From contig OZ244557.1 in assembly GCA_965217625.1 (NCBI GenBank), positions 1,341,827-1,405,826 of the forward strand: a DNA stretch of 64,000 nucleotides. The letters are read 5' to 3'. The stretch comes from Dehalococcoidia bacterium. GTDB lineage: Bacteria > Chloroflexota > Dehalococcoidia > Bin125. The position numbers were made by a program, and so were the translations under genes. A model generated the notes under the pieces. It did no database searches. It was not told where the DNA came from and saw only the letters and a program-made list of their open reading frames with translations. Shown piece after piece: positions 40,227 through 49,907 of this stretch; the stretch's first letter is position 1; each line of letters opens with the position of its first letter.

Positions 40227-40469
40227 TCAAGAAGGCTGCGTTCTTTCCGCGTCCGCGATGATCTCGGAGAGCGGTACGCCGAGGGCTCGCGAGATTCCTT
40301 GGAGCGCGCTCAGTGAGGCGGCCTTGCGCCCACGCTCCAGCTCGCTGATGTAGACGCGATGCAGTCCACTCGCCTCCGCGAGAGCTTCCTGCGATAGACC
40401 CGCCGCCTGCCGGCGCGCTCGCAATGCGTCACCAACCGCCCGTAGGAACCCCTGATCTGCGCTTGCCAC
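40227..40469 (-). CDS. XRE-family HTH transcriptional regulator
   Basis: LRARRQAAGLSQEALAEASGLHRVYISELERGRK is a canonical Cro/C1 HTH. The 80-aa protein is divergent from the 40516 gene. Confidence 0.8.
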   Translation of the reverse strand: MASADQGFLRAVGDALRARRQAAGLSQEALAEASGLHRVYISELERGRKAASLSALQGISRALGVPLSEIIADAERTQPS

Positions 40470-40515
40470 GCCCGCAGCGTCAGAGCGAAGCTACGACCTG
40501 ACTACAAACAATAGT

Positions 40516-41304
40516 TTGCACACGGCGAGCGGCCAGCAGATGCAGGACCGTTACACCGGGGACATCGGCGACTTCGCGAAATACGGACTCCTGCGAGCCC
40601 TTGCCGCGGCTTCCACGGATGCGTCGTACCGGCTCGGCGTGATCTGGTACCGCACGCCCGACGAAACGCATCGTGGGGACGGTCGGCACGTGCAGGACCT
40701 CCTGCCCGAAGGCGAGGATGGGTACCGCCCATCTGATCCCACGCTGTACGACGAGCTCCGATCGCTAGTCATGAGCGGCGACCGTTCGGTTGCGGCGGTG
40801 CGCATTCGCGAGATCCTCCCGGAGGACACGATCTTCTACGAATCTCTCCTGTCCTACGCCGGGGCATCGCCAGGGCGTCGACCGGCAGTTAGGGATGCCT
40901 GGCTCGATCAGGCGGTGCATGCCAGCACGCCGTGCGACCTGGTTTTCCTCGACCCCGACAACGGACTTCGCTCGCCGGCGCCCGAGGGGAAGGCCCAAAG
41001 CACAAAGTCCGTCTCCCTCGACGAGCTCCGACCGTTCTACGCGCGGGGACAGAGCCTCGTCGTCTATCACCATTTCGCGCGACAGAACCACCCCGCGCAG
41101 TTACGCGAGTGGGCCACCGCCATTTCTCGGACTCTGGGTCTCGCACATCAGCCGATCGCTGTTCGCTTCAAGACACAGAGCGCGAGGGCCTTCTTCATCA
41201 TCCCGGCGGAGCCACACCGCATGGACCTGACCGACGCGCTCAAGGAATTCGTTGCTGGGCCGTGGGGTGCTCACTTCCCACCCGATCAAGCGATCGGTCT
41301 GTAA
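40516..41304 (+). CDS. hypothetical protein (conserved GDIGDFAKYGLLRAL and LVFLDPDNGL motifs)
   Basis: A 262-aa protein with non-repetitive composition that starts 46 bp from the divergent XRE regulator. Function is unknown. Confidence 0.5.
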   Translation: MHTASGQQMQDRYTGDIGDFAKYGLLRALAAASTDASYRLGVIWYRTPDETHRGDGRHVQDLLPEGEDGYRPSDPTLYDELRSLVMSGDRSVAAVRIREILPEDTIFYESLLSYAGASPGRRPAVRDAWLDQAVHASTPCDLVFLDPDNGLRSPAPEGKAQSTKSVSLDELRPFYARGQSLVVYHHFARQNHPAQLREWATAISRTLGLAHQPIAVRFKTQSARAFFIIPAEPHRMDLTDALKEFVAGPWGAHFPPDQAIGL

Positions 41305-41325
41305 CGGGCTCGGTACGCTCGCAGC

Positions 41326-41720
41326 ATGATGCGCGCACGTATCGCCGATTCCACGGTCCGCTGCGGCCGGCCCCGCTGCCGCGGCGTGCTCGGAACGCTC
41401 ACGTTCGTCACTCCCGTTCATGCGGACGGATGTGAGGAGCCCGCCTCGCCTCTCTTCCGGCTCCCATCGATCTTCGTCCGACACGTGGACGCGGAGGGCG
41501 AGATCGGGGAGGAACCGGGGCCACGCCGAGCCCGCCGCCTGCGCGGGCTCCGGTCCGCGCATCGCCTCGGACGCCTCGCCAAACTGCCAGATGGACAGCT
41601 GGAGACGCTCCCACGCGCGTCCTTCGAGGCTACCCAATTGCCGATCCGCGTCCGCTGCCCTCGCTGCGACTGGATCTCCGTCGTCGACCAGGATCACCTA
41701 CAAGGTGATGTCGGTCGTTC
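41326..41720 (+). CDS. hypothetical zinc-ribbon protein
   Basis: CGRPRCRG ... CPRCDW paired Cys motifs are present. The six-frame ORF runs to 42105, but its tail overlaps the next gene and is low-complexity. Confidence 0.3.
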
Positions 41721-41821
41721 GATGCGATCACCTCCGCTTGGAAGCACATATCGACTCCGCTTGAGCAGCGGTACCGATCTCCCGCCCCCCGCGTCTGCGG
41801 CCCAGGGAGTGGAGGTATCGC

Positions 41822-43072
41822 ATGCCCCCCAAAGAGCCAGCCCCAGTTCCCTTTCCCTGGCGCACACGCATCGTGGGCGAAGCCGACGTCGATCCCGCGT
41901 CGATCCTCGACCACCCCGACAACTGGCGCCTCCATCCACGTCTGCAGCAGCGAGCCCTGTCCGGCGTTCTGGACGAAGTCGGCTGGGTGCAGCCCGTCGT
42001 TGTCAATCGCCGAACGAGGCGACTCCTCGACGGCCACTTGCGCGCTTTCTTGGCGCGCAAGCGCGGCGAGGCGACGATCCCGGTCGTCTACGTCGACCTC
42101 GATGAGGGGGAAGAGGCCAAGATCCTCGCAACGCTCGATCCGATCGCCGCGATGGCCCGGACCGACGCCGACGCGCTGCGACGCACGCTGGCCGCAGTCA
42201 CGACGGAGGACCACGCGGTGGAGCGCCTGCTCGAGCGCGTGGCAGCGAGCGGCCATCTCGTCCGGGACCAGGACGGCGCGACCGATCCGGACGCTCTGCC
42301 GGTCGGGCCGACCACGCGTGCGCACCCGGGGGACTGCTGGCTTCTCGGCGACCACCGCTTGGTCTGCGGGGACGCAACCGATCCGGCGGTCGTCTCGGCG
42401 TTGATGGGGGAGGAGCGCGCCGCCCTGATCGCGACGGATCCGCCCTACTTCGTCGACTACGACGGCCGCAACCACCCGGGGGCCGGCCGCCGCACCGAGG
42501 CGCCCCCGTCTGACTGGGACCGTGATCCGGGCGACGAGGCCGCGACGGAGTTCTACGCGGCGTTTCTGCGCGCCGCGCTGGAGATCGCCAGCCCGGGGGT
42601 GGCGGTGTACCAGTGGCACGCGGAACGGCGGCGATCCCAGGTGGAGCGGGCCTAGTCGGCGGTCGGCCTGCATCCGCACCAGGCGATCGTCTGGGTGAAG
42701 GAACAGGCGGTCCCGGGCCACTCGCACTACCCCTGGCGGCACGAGCCGGCGCTCTATGGCTGGCGAGCGGGGGAGCCCCCGCCGCGTCCGCTGCCGGGGG
42801 AGTCGACCGTATGGCCGGTGGCCGAGGCGGAGCCGCGCACCGGGCATCCCACCCAGAAGCCGGTGGAGCTGTTCGCGAAGGCGATCCGGGCGCACACGAT
42901 GCCCGGCGACGTCGTTTACGAACCCTTCGCCGGCAGCGGCAGCCAGATCATCGCCGCCGAGCCGCGGGGCCGGCGTTGCCACGCCGTCGAGCTGGACCCG
43001 GTCTCAGTCGATCTCGCGGTGTCGCGCTGGGAGGCGTTTACGGCGCGGGAGGCGGAGGTGATCCGTGCCTAG
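41822..43072 (+). pseudogene. ParB-like nuclease domain + N6/N4 DNA methyltransferase, interrupted by in-frame TAG at 42653..42655
   Basis: The N-terminus carries a ParB/Srx fold (WRLHPRLQQ ... PVVVNRRTRRLLDGHLR). It is followed by the MTase motif IV IATDPPY, then an in-frame amber codon, then motif I FAGSGS and HPTQKP in the same frame. The arrangement is typical of phage DNA MTases. Confidence 0.65.
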
Positions 43073-43450
43073 ACCGACCAAGCTCACGCCCGAGGTGCGT
43101 CGCATGATCGTCGAGTACATCCGCGCCGGGGCCTACGACCACGTCGCCGCACAGGCAGTGGGCATAGATCCCTCCACGCTGCGCCGCTGGATGGAGCGCG
43201 GCGAGCAGGGGCGGCAGCCGTACCGAGACTTCAAGCGCGATGTCGACCAGGCACGCGCCCAGGCGCGGGTGGCTGCCGAGATCGAGGTCCGGCGTGACCA
43301 ACCCCTCGCCTGGCTCCGCTACGGCCCCGGCCGCGAGCGGCCCGGCAAGCCCGGCTGGACCCAGAGCGTGCAGCACGAGCACAGCGGGCCCGAGGGCGGG
43401 CCGATCCCGATCGCGGCGATCACGCAGCTGCTCGACGCGCTCCCGGACGA
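43065..43450 (+). CDS. phage terminase small subunit-like HTH protein (probably 3' truncated)
   Basis: MPRPTKLTPEVRRMIVEYIRAGAYDHVAAQAVGIDPSTLRRWMERGEQ ... YRDFKRDVDQARAQA resembles TerS. Homology ends where the opposite-strand enolase-superfamily fragment begins. Confidence 0.45.
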
Positions 43451-43844
43451 CGACGTAGTACGCGCCGAGCAGCTTGTAGCGGGGCAGGCCCGCCGCCTTG
43501 GCGTTGTGATCCCACAGCGCGATGTCGAGCGCCGACAGCGCGCGCATCGTCGCGCCGGCGCGCCCGTGCAGCAGCGATTCCTGATACATCGCGGCCCAGA
43601 GCCCCTCGACCCGGAACGGATCCCGGCCCAGCAGCAGCGGCGCGAAGAGATTGTCCACGGCGGAGGTCACCAACTGCCCGTTCGAGTTGCCGGCGTAGCA
43701 GAAGCCGATGCCGGCGTGCCCGTCGTCGCATTCGACTTCGACCGCCGGAATGTCGCGGTGGTAGACGGTGCGGTTTGAGAACGAGGTCGGCTTGTCGAGC
43801 GGGATGCGCAGCATGCGCGATCGGACGGCGGTGATCGTGGTCAT
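43450..43844 (-). pseudogene. mandelate racemase/muconate lactonizing enzyme (enolase superfamily) N-terminal domain fragment
   Basis: MTTITAVRSRMLRIPLDKPTSFSNRTVYHRDIPAVEVECDDGHAGIGFCY ... ALDIALWDHNAKAAGLPRYKLLGA is the MR_MLE_N domain. The C-terminal barrel domain is absent. Confidence 0.55.
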
Positions 43845-44054
43845 CGATGTGCTCCTCGGTTGCGCCGGGGCGGCGCCCCGATGCTATCGGAGGATCTCCG
43901 TGGCCGGTCGCGCCGGCGCGACGCCGTGAGCGTCACATCGCCGCTACGCTGATCGGCGTCGGGCGCGCCGTGCTGGCGCTCCTTCATCGGACCCGGGCGG
44001 ATCGAACCAGGGCGCGGCCGTGGCGCGCGCCGCGGAACGGGGCGCGAGACCCGC

Positions 44055-44993
44055 ATGCCGCGACTCCCCGGCCCGCGCGCCGCCTCCCTCCTCACGCTGA
44101 GCCTGCTGCTGCTGGCCGTCGCCCTGGCCGCGGTCGCCATCGCCGACGGCGAATCCACCCGCCGCGTCCGGGACGGCCGCCACGCGTTCATCTCCCTGCG
44201 CGACGGCGTCAGCGACCTCTTCGTCCGTCCGGCCTCCGGCGGCCCGGCCGTCGCGCTCACCAACGACCCTGCGCCCGATGCCGAGCCGGCCTGGTCGCCC
44301 GGCGGCCAACGGATAGCGTTCACCAGCGATCGGGCGGGCAACCCCGACGTCTGGCTGATCGACGCGGCCGGCGGCGAGGCCCGGCAGCTGACCCGCTCCC
44401 CCGCCGTGGACCAGTACCCCAACTGGTCGCCCGATGGCCGGCGCATCGTGTTCGTCTCCCGCCGCACGGGGCACTCGAACCCCTTCATCCTCGACGTCGA
44501 GGACGGCGGCATGCGGCAACTCACCGACCTCAGAGGCGTCGTCGCCTTCCCCGCCTGGTCGCCCGACGGGGGCACGATCGCCTTCACGATCGTGCAGGAG
44601 ATCGATTTCGCCCGCACGTCGCAGATCGCCGTCGTGCCGGTGACCGGCGGCGACGTGACCGTCCTCACCCGCGACCCGGGCCTCAACCAGCAGGCCGCCT
44701 GGTCGCCCGACGGGGCGCGCATCGCCTACACGCACGTGCCCGAGGGCCACACCCCCCTGGAGCGGTCGATGATCGCGGTGATCCCGGCCGGCGGGGGCGT
44801 TCGCACGCTGCTCACCGACCACGACTGGGCCGACTTCGATCCCAGTTGGTCGCCCGACGGGCGGCGCATCGCCTTCGTGTCCAACCGCGACGGCCTGCGC
44901 CAGATATACGTCATGGGCGCCGACGGCTCGAACCCGGTCCGCGTCGCGAGCGACGCCCACGACTTCGACCCCGCCTGGACGGGGGAGGAGTAG
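44055..44993 (+). CDS. secreted TolB-like beta-propeller protein (PD40/WD40-like repeats)
   Basis: A signal peptide is followed by five or more WSPDG.RIAF.S.R repeats. Confidence 0.85.
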   Translation: MPRLPGPRAASLLTLSLLLLAVALAAVAIADGESTRRVRDGRHAFISLRDGVSDLFVRPASGGPAVALTNDPAPDAEPAWSPGGQRIAFTSDRAGNPDVWLIDAAGGEARQLTRSPAVDQYPNWSPDGRRIVFVSRRTGHSNPFILDVEDGGMRQLTDLRGVVAFPAWSPDGGTIAFTIVQEIDFARTSQIAVVPVTGGDVTVLTRDPGLNQQAAWSPDGARIAYTHVPEGHTPLERSMIAVIPAGGGVRTLLTDHDWADFDPSWSPDGRRIAFVSNRDGLRQIYVMGADGSNPVRVASDAHDFDPAWTGEE

Positions 44994-45067
44994 CCGCGCC
45001 GCCGCCGCGCGTGGCCTGCGGCGGTATGCTGCCACCAGCCACGGACGGAGACGCGGAGGGGCCTCGG

Positions 45068-45607
45068 ATGGACGTTCGCCAAGCGATCCGCGGGCGTCGC
45101 TCGGTCGGCGCGTTCAGCGACCGGGCGGTGCCCCGCGCCACCGTCGCGGAGTTGATCGAGGTCGCGACCTGGGCCCCGACGCATCACCTCACGCAGCCCT
45201 GGCGCTTCACGGTGCTTGCGGGCGAGGCCCGCGCGGCCCTGGCCGAGGCGATCGTCGCGGCCGACCCGGCGGCGGGCGTCGCCCGGACCGCGCACGCGAA
45301 GCTGACGCGCGCGCCCGTCTGCGTCGTCGTCGGTCAGCACGTCCCCCCGGACGCGGATCCCATCCTGGAGCGTGAGGACTACGCCGCCTGCGCCTGCGCC
45401 GTGCAGAACCTGCTGCTCGCCGCGCAGGCCGCCGGTCTCGCGTCGAAGTGGAGCACCGGCGCACTCGCCGAGTCCGACGCCGCCAAGCGGCACCTGGACC
45501 TCGGGCCCGGCGATCGCATCGTGGCCTACGTGTACCTGGGCTACGGGCTCGCGCCCCCGGCCGACGGGCAGCGCGACGCCCCCCCGGTCGACTGGCGCGG
45601 CCTCTAG
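45068..45607 (+). CDS. nitroreductase family protein
   Basis: RRSVGAFSDRAVPRATVAELIEVATWAPTHHLTQPWRF is the classic nitroreductase N-terminus. Confidence 0.85.
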   Translation: MDVRQAIRGRRSVGAFSDRAVPRATVAELIEVATWAPTHHLTQPWRFTVLAGEARAALAEAIVAADPAAGVARTAHAKLTRAPVCVVVGQHVPPDADPILEREDYAACACAVQNLLLAAQAAGLASKWSTGALAESDAAKRHLDLGPGDRIVAYVYLGYGLAPPADGQRDAPPVDWRGL

Positions 45608-45749
45608 CCGCAACCCGCGGGCCGTCAGCCGCCTACGGCCCTCGGATCGAATGGCCGCACAAATCGGAGGCACGGACGTGGGGGCCGTTTTGCGGTGGGG
45701 CTGGGCGACCCTATTCTGCCGCCATGCGGTCTAGTAAGGGGCAGCTTCA

Positions 45750-46364
45750 ATGACATCACCACTACCGCGGCCTTCGGTCGGAGACAGTGATCTGGAGTCC
45801 ATGGCTAGCGATGCAGAGCGGAAGGCAGAGAGGCAGCTCTACGACGGCCTCGACAGACTCGCGTTACTGGGGACGAAGACTCTCTGCGGCCTCAGCACAC
45901 TGATCCTGATCATTCCAGCTCTCCTGACGACTCTGCTCGGCGGGATCCTGGCAGGGATCGAGATCCTGGTGCGAGGGCACCAGCACAGACCGCCAATTTC
46001 GCGGTCGCCCGGCATCGTGGGCGGAGGGCTCCGCCTCGGGCATGAGTTGCTGGGTTGGATGCTCCGCCACATGAGCGGTCTGTGGTACCGCCACCGCTGG
46101 GCGCGGTTGTTGCTGCTTCTCCCGGGATGGGCGCTCGTCGTAGTGAGTCATGGGTACCTGACGCTCATGCCATTCGCTGCGGCGTACCCCGGAGCCGCTA
46201 CGCCAGTGAAGAAGTGGCATCTCGCTCTGATCGACAGTTGGCCGCTCACTGTCCACCTTCAGCGCAACATGGAGCGAGAGGTGGCCTGGCACATGGAAAT
46301 CGATCGCCAGCCTGAGTCGGAGGTGGAGCAGGTGATGGCGGAGCGTGGGGGAGTGGATCGCTAG
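45750..46364 (+). CDS. hypothetical membrane protein (lower-GC gene)
   Basis: Three or four predicted TM helices are present. Local GC is ~60% against the ~70% background, with no obvious homology. Confidence 0.45.
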   Translation: MTSPLPRPSVGDSDLESMASDAERKAERQLYDGLDRLALLGTKTLCGLSTLILIIPALLTTLLGGILAGIEILVRGHQHRPPISRSPGIVGGGLRLGHELLGWMLRHMSGLWYRHRWARLLLLLPGWALVVVSHGYLTLMPFAAAYPGAATPVKKWHLALIDSWPLTVHLQRNMEREVAWHMEIDRQPESEVEQVMAERGGVDR

Positions 46365-46814
46365 TCGCCGACGCCGAGTTGGGCAACACCACTTGCCTGA
46401 TGGGGCCTGCGGCGGATGGTGCGCGGACCCTCAGCCACCGGCTGCGGCGCTCTGCCCGACGGGGCTCTCCACGTCGTCGTCGGGGTCCATCGTGCCGATC
46501 GAGGCGGCCATCCCGCCAGCGCCGGTCGGCGGCGCGGCCAGTCCAATGTGGGTCAGAGGCGCGTGAGGGCGGCGATGCCCCCGAGAATGATCCCCGACTG
46601 AATCAGGAACGCCAAGTAGATCTTGGCCTCGAGTCGAGAGATCGCCGCGTCAAGGCTCTGCTGCGTCACGAGTGGGTTCACGGCGTCGGTGATCACTTCC
46701 ACCGTCACGTCGGCTTCCGCCTCCGGCCCAGTGCTAGGAGCGCGTCCGACTGCGGTCCGGGGACCGTATGGCTTGATGATAGGGCGATAGGCACGCGGCG
46801 TCTCGCCCGCCCGC

Positions 46815-47540
46815 TCAGGCCAGCAGCTGATCGGCCAGATCGGTGAAGTCCCGCGCGTTGACGTCGAAGTCGGGCTGCGGCGAGAGGTCGCCGTCGTTGC
46901 CGGCGCCGCTCTCACCCGGGCGAGGCACGTAGGCCGAGCGCAGGCCCGCGGCCATCGCGGCGCGCAGGTCGCGGTGGTGGGCGGCGCACATCATCGCCTG
47001 CCTCGGCTCGACGCCCAGCAGCCGCAGGCCGCCCAGATAGGCCTCCCGGTCGGGCTTGTAGTGGCCCAGGAACTCGCAGGAGATGATGCCGTCCCACTCG
47101 ATGCCGTTGTGCTTGGAGCTGTCGACGGCGATGGCCGTGCTCATCACCGTCAGCACGACGACGGTGTAGCGCGCCCGCAGCCGGCGCAGCGCGGCGGCGG
47201 CGTCGGGCCAGGCGGCCAGTTGGTGCCAGACGCCGTTGAGCGCATCCAGGTCCGCCGGCGAGAGCGCAAGCGACGGGTGCTGCTCCGCCAGCTCGTCGAG
47301 CAGCCCGCGGTGGATCTGATCGGCGTTCATCCAGGGCAGGTCGCCGCTCCGCACGCGCGCCAACTCCTGGAACATGCGCCGTCGCCAGGTGTTGGCGAAG
47401 CGCGCGGGGTCGACGCCGGCGCCGCGGGCCGCGGCCAGCCCGGCGACCTCGTCCTTGATGCTGTGATGCCAGTCGAAGACCGTCCCGCCGATGTCCCAGG
47501 TGAGGACGCGGATCTGCCGCAGGTCGATCGGGTCGGGCAT
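46815..47540 (-). CDS. HAD-superfamily hydrolase (haloacid dehalogenase-like)
   Basis: Motif I WDIGGTVFDW follows ATG 47540. The six-frame ORF is extended upstream in the same frame. Confidence 0.8.
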   Translation of the reverse strand: MPDPIDLRQIRVLTWDIGGTVFDWHHSIKDEVAGLAAARGAGVDPARFANTWRRRMFQELARVRSGDLPWMNADQIHRGLLDELAEQHPSLALSPADLDALNGVWHQLAAWPDAAAALRRLRARYTVVVLTVMSTAIAVDSSKHNGIEWDGIISCEFLGHYKPDREAYLGGLRLLGVEPRQAMMCAAHHRDLRAAMAAGLRSAYVPRPGESGAGNDGDLSPQPDFDVNARDFTDLADQLLA

Positions 47541-47559
47541 GCGCTCGTCTCCCTGCCTG

Positions 47560-48009
47560 GCCGCCGTCCCCCGACGGTTCGGCCTTGCCGTAGTCGACGG
47601 TGAGCCAGTGCTCGGGGTGGATGCGCACCAGCACGCTGTCCATCGTGCTGTTCGCGGCCGCCGCGGCGTACTGGTCGCCCTGCTCGCGGCCCAGGTAGCG
47701 GACCGCCATCGGCCGCAGATCCCGATCCACGTCCCGCGCATCGATGGCGACCACCGGTCCCTCGACCGTGACGTACTTGTACGGGCGGGTCTCCGTCTGC
47801 GCGCACAGGCTCACACGCACGCCCGGCGCCAGCAGACGGCCCTTGCGGCTGTCGCGCCCGGTCAGGACCAGAACGTCGCCGCCGGGCTCGTAGGCGTACC
47901 AGATCGGCGCCGCCAGCGGCCCGAGGCCGGGCTGCGGCACGCTGAGGATGCCCACGCGCACCTCGGCCAGGAACGCCTCCCGCTCCTGCTTGGTCATCGC
48001 CGTCGTCAT
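47560..48009 (-). CDS. pyridoxamine 5'-phosphate oxidase-like (PPOX class, probable F420-dependent) protein
   Basis: MTTAMTKQEREAFLAEVRVGILSV ... ends HPEHWLTVDYG. The 3' end is approximate, because the frame stays open by chance into the HAD gene. Confidence 0.65.
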
Positions 48010-48036
48010 CGCCGTGCTCCTCTCCGCGATCGCCCC

Positions 48037-48738
48037 TCAGGGGATGCCGATCATCTCCGTGCTCGTCGGCAGCGCCAGCGACCCGTCGGGGTCGATCCAC
48101 TGCTCGAATCCGTCCGGCCGGGCCTGCTCGCGAAAGCGCGCCCAGCCGGCGGCGTCCGGGAAGTACAACTCCGCCATCCCGGCGTACGGCTCGATCGCCG
48201 GGTTGACGCTCAGGCTGACGACGTAGCCGATCCCGCCCACGCGCAGCATCGTCTCCCGCACGTTGGGCGCGTGCACGTCGAGCCAATGGGCGAACATCGC
48301 CTCGAAGTTCACGCCGTCGCGCGCCTTCACGAGCACCGTCTGCTTGTGGAAGCCCGAGCGCGTGGTGGGATAGGGCGCGTTCAGGGTCAGCGGCTCGGCG
48401 GCGAGTTGCGCGGCGCCGTCGATCACGACGTACTCGGTCGTCGCCCAGGAGGTATGCGGCTCGGCCTTCTGCTGGAACGTGTCCTTCGGCACGGTGCCGA
48501 GGGGCCGCTTCGGGCGCCCCAACGCGAAGTCCCACCAGAGCTGCGCGACCCCGTCCCAGGGATGCCGGCCCGATGCGTCGGCGTCGAACAGCGTGGCGAT
48601 GTAGCGCCAGGCGTGCGCCTTGCCGGCCGCCTTGAGGTCGTGCTGCCCCTCGATCACGCCGGACATGTGATTGCCGAACCAATGCACCACCAGCTCCTCG
48701 CGGGAGGTGGTGGGCTTGCGCTTGATGAGGTAGAGCAT
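48037..48738 (-). CDS. EthD-like / dimeric alpha-beta barrel domain protein
   Basis: MLYLIKRKPTTSREELVVHWFGNHM is an EthD-type N-terminus. A second similar module follows. Confidence 0.55.
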   Translation of the reverse strand: MLYLIKRKPTTSREELVVHWFGNHMSGVIEGQHDLKAAGKAHAWRYIATLFDADASGRHPWDGVAQLWWDFALGRPKRPLGTVPKDTFQQKAEPHTSWATTEYVVIDGAAQLAAEPLTLNAPYPTTRSGFHKQTVLVKARDGVNFEAMFAHWLDVHAPNVRETMLRVGGIGYVVSLSVNPAIEPYAGMAELYFPDAAGWARFREQARPDGFEQWIDPDGSLALPTSTEMIGIP

Positions 48739-48911
48739 CTTCGCGCCGGGAGTGGCGTCGGGCCGGGTGGAGGCAGGGGGCATCGGCATCTCCTTCGCGT
48801 TCCTGCGCAGGCGTCGCGCGGGACACGACCGAGGCTAGCGGGTCTGACGTCGGCGCACGAAGCGCCCTCGGCGGGATAGGCTGGGCGGGCGCAACTTCGG
48901 AGAGGTCCACC

Positions 48912-49907
48912 ATGCCGCAACTCACCAGGAGACGCCTCGTTCTCGGTGGTGGTGTAGCCGCGCTGCTGGCCGCCGGACTGATCGTGCTCGCCGTGTGGTA
49001 CTTCGTCCTGCGCGCCGACGCCCCGCCCCCCGTCGCGCTCGAACAGGCCGTGGCCGCCGCCCAGGCGTCGGACGCCGAGGCCGCCACCGAGCCCGATGCG
49101 GACGCGGCCCCTGCCGAACAGGCCCCCGCCGAGCAGGCCGCTCCCGTGGAGCCCGAGCCGGAGCCCGAGCCGGAGCCCGAGGCCGAGGAACCGGCCGCCG
49201 AACCCGCGACCGCCCAGAGCGACGAAGGCAGCGCCCCCGCGGCGGCGGCAGAAGAAGCAGCAGAAGAAGCTGAAGACGCCGCGGCCGAGACGACGGCCGA
49301 ACCCGAAGCCCCCGCTGACGACGCCCCCGCTGACGAAGCCACCGACGACGCCCCCGCCCCCGCTGCCGACGCCGGCCTCGTCGGACGCTGGGAGGTGCTG
49401 GCGGACGGATCGTCTTTCGCCGGCTACCGCGTCGAGGAGGAACTCGCGCGCATCGGCGCCACGACCGCCGTCGGGCGCTCGACGGTCCTGACGGGGTCGC
49501 TCGTCTTCGACGGCGCCGCGATCACTGAGGTCGTGATCGAAGTCGACCTCACCGCGCTCACCAGCGACGACAGCCGCCGCGACGGCGCCCTGCGCCGGCA
49601 AGCGCTTGAGACGAACACCTACCCCTCGACCACCTTCACGCTCACCGAGCCCATCCCCATCGATGCGGCGCCCGCCGAGGGGGAGACGCTGTCGGTCACG
49701 GCCACGGGCGACCTGACCCTGCACGGCATCACGCGCGAGGTGCAGATCCCGATGGAGGGGCAGCTCGTCGGGGATCGGGTGGCGGTCGTGGGGTCGCTGG
49801 AGATCGTCTTCGCCGACTACGACATGGACACGCCCAGCGCCTTCATCGTGCTGGCGATCGACGACCACGGCATCATGGAGTTCCAGCTCGTCTTCGAGCG
49901 CGGCTAG
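48912..49907 (+). CDS. YceI-family protein with N-terminal TM anchor and acidic Pro/Glu/Ala-rich linker
   Basis: The C-terminal ~170 aa match the YceI lipid/polyisoprenoid-binding barrel (TLHGITREV). The stop codon lies inside the IS left inverted repeat. Confidence 0.85.
   Translation: MPQLTRRRLVLGGGVAALLAAGLIVLAVWYFVLRADAPPPVALEQAVAAAQASDAEAATEPDADAAPAEQAPAEQAAPVEPEPEPEPEPEAEEPAAEPATAQSDEGSAPAAAAEEAAEEAEDAAAETTAEPEAPADDAPADEATDDAPAPAADAGLVGRWEVLADGSSFAGYRVEEELARIGATTAVGRSTVLTGSLVFDGAAITEVVIEVDLTALTSDDSRRDGALRRQALETNTYPSTTFTLTEPIPIDAAPAEGETLSVTATGDLTLHGITREVQIPMEGQLVGDRVAVVGSLEIVFADYDMDTPSAFIVLAIDDHGIMEFQLVFERG

Noticed and set aside
42653-42655. In-frame TAG in the methyltransferase as a pyrrolysine codon
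   Set aside because: There is no Pyl machinery context, and Pyl is unknown in this kind of high-GC bacterium. A nonsense mutation or sequencing error is far more likely.
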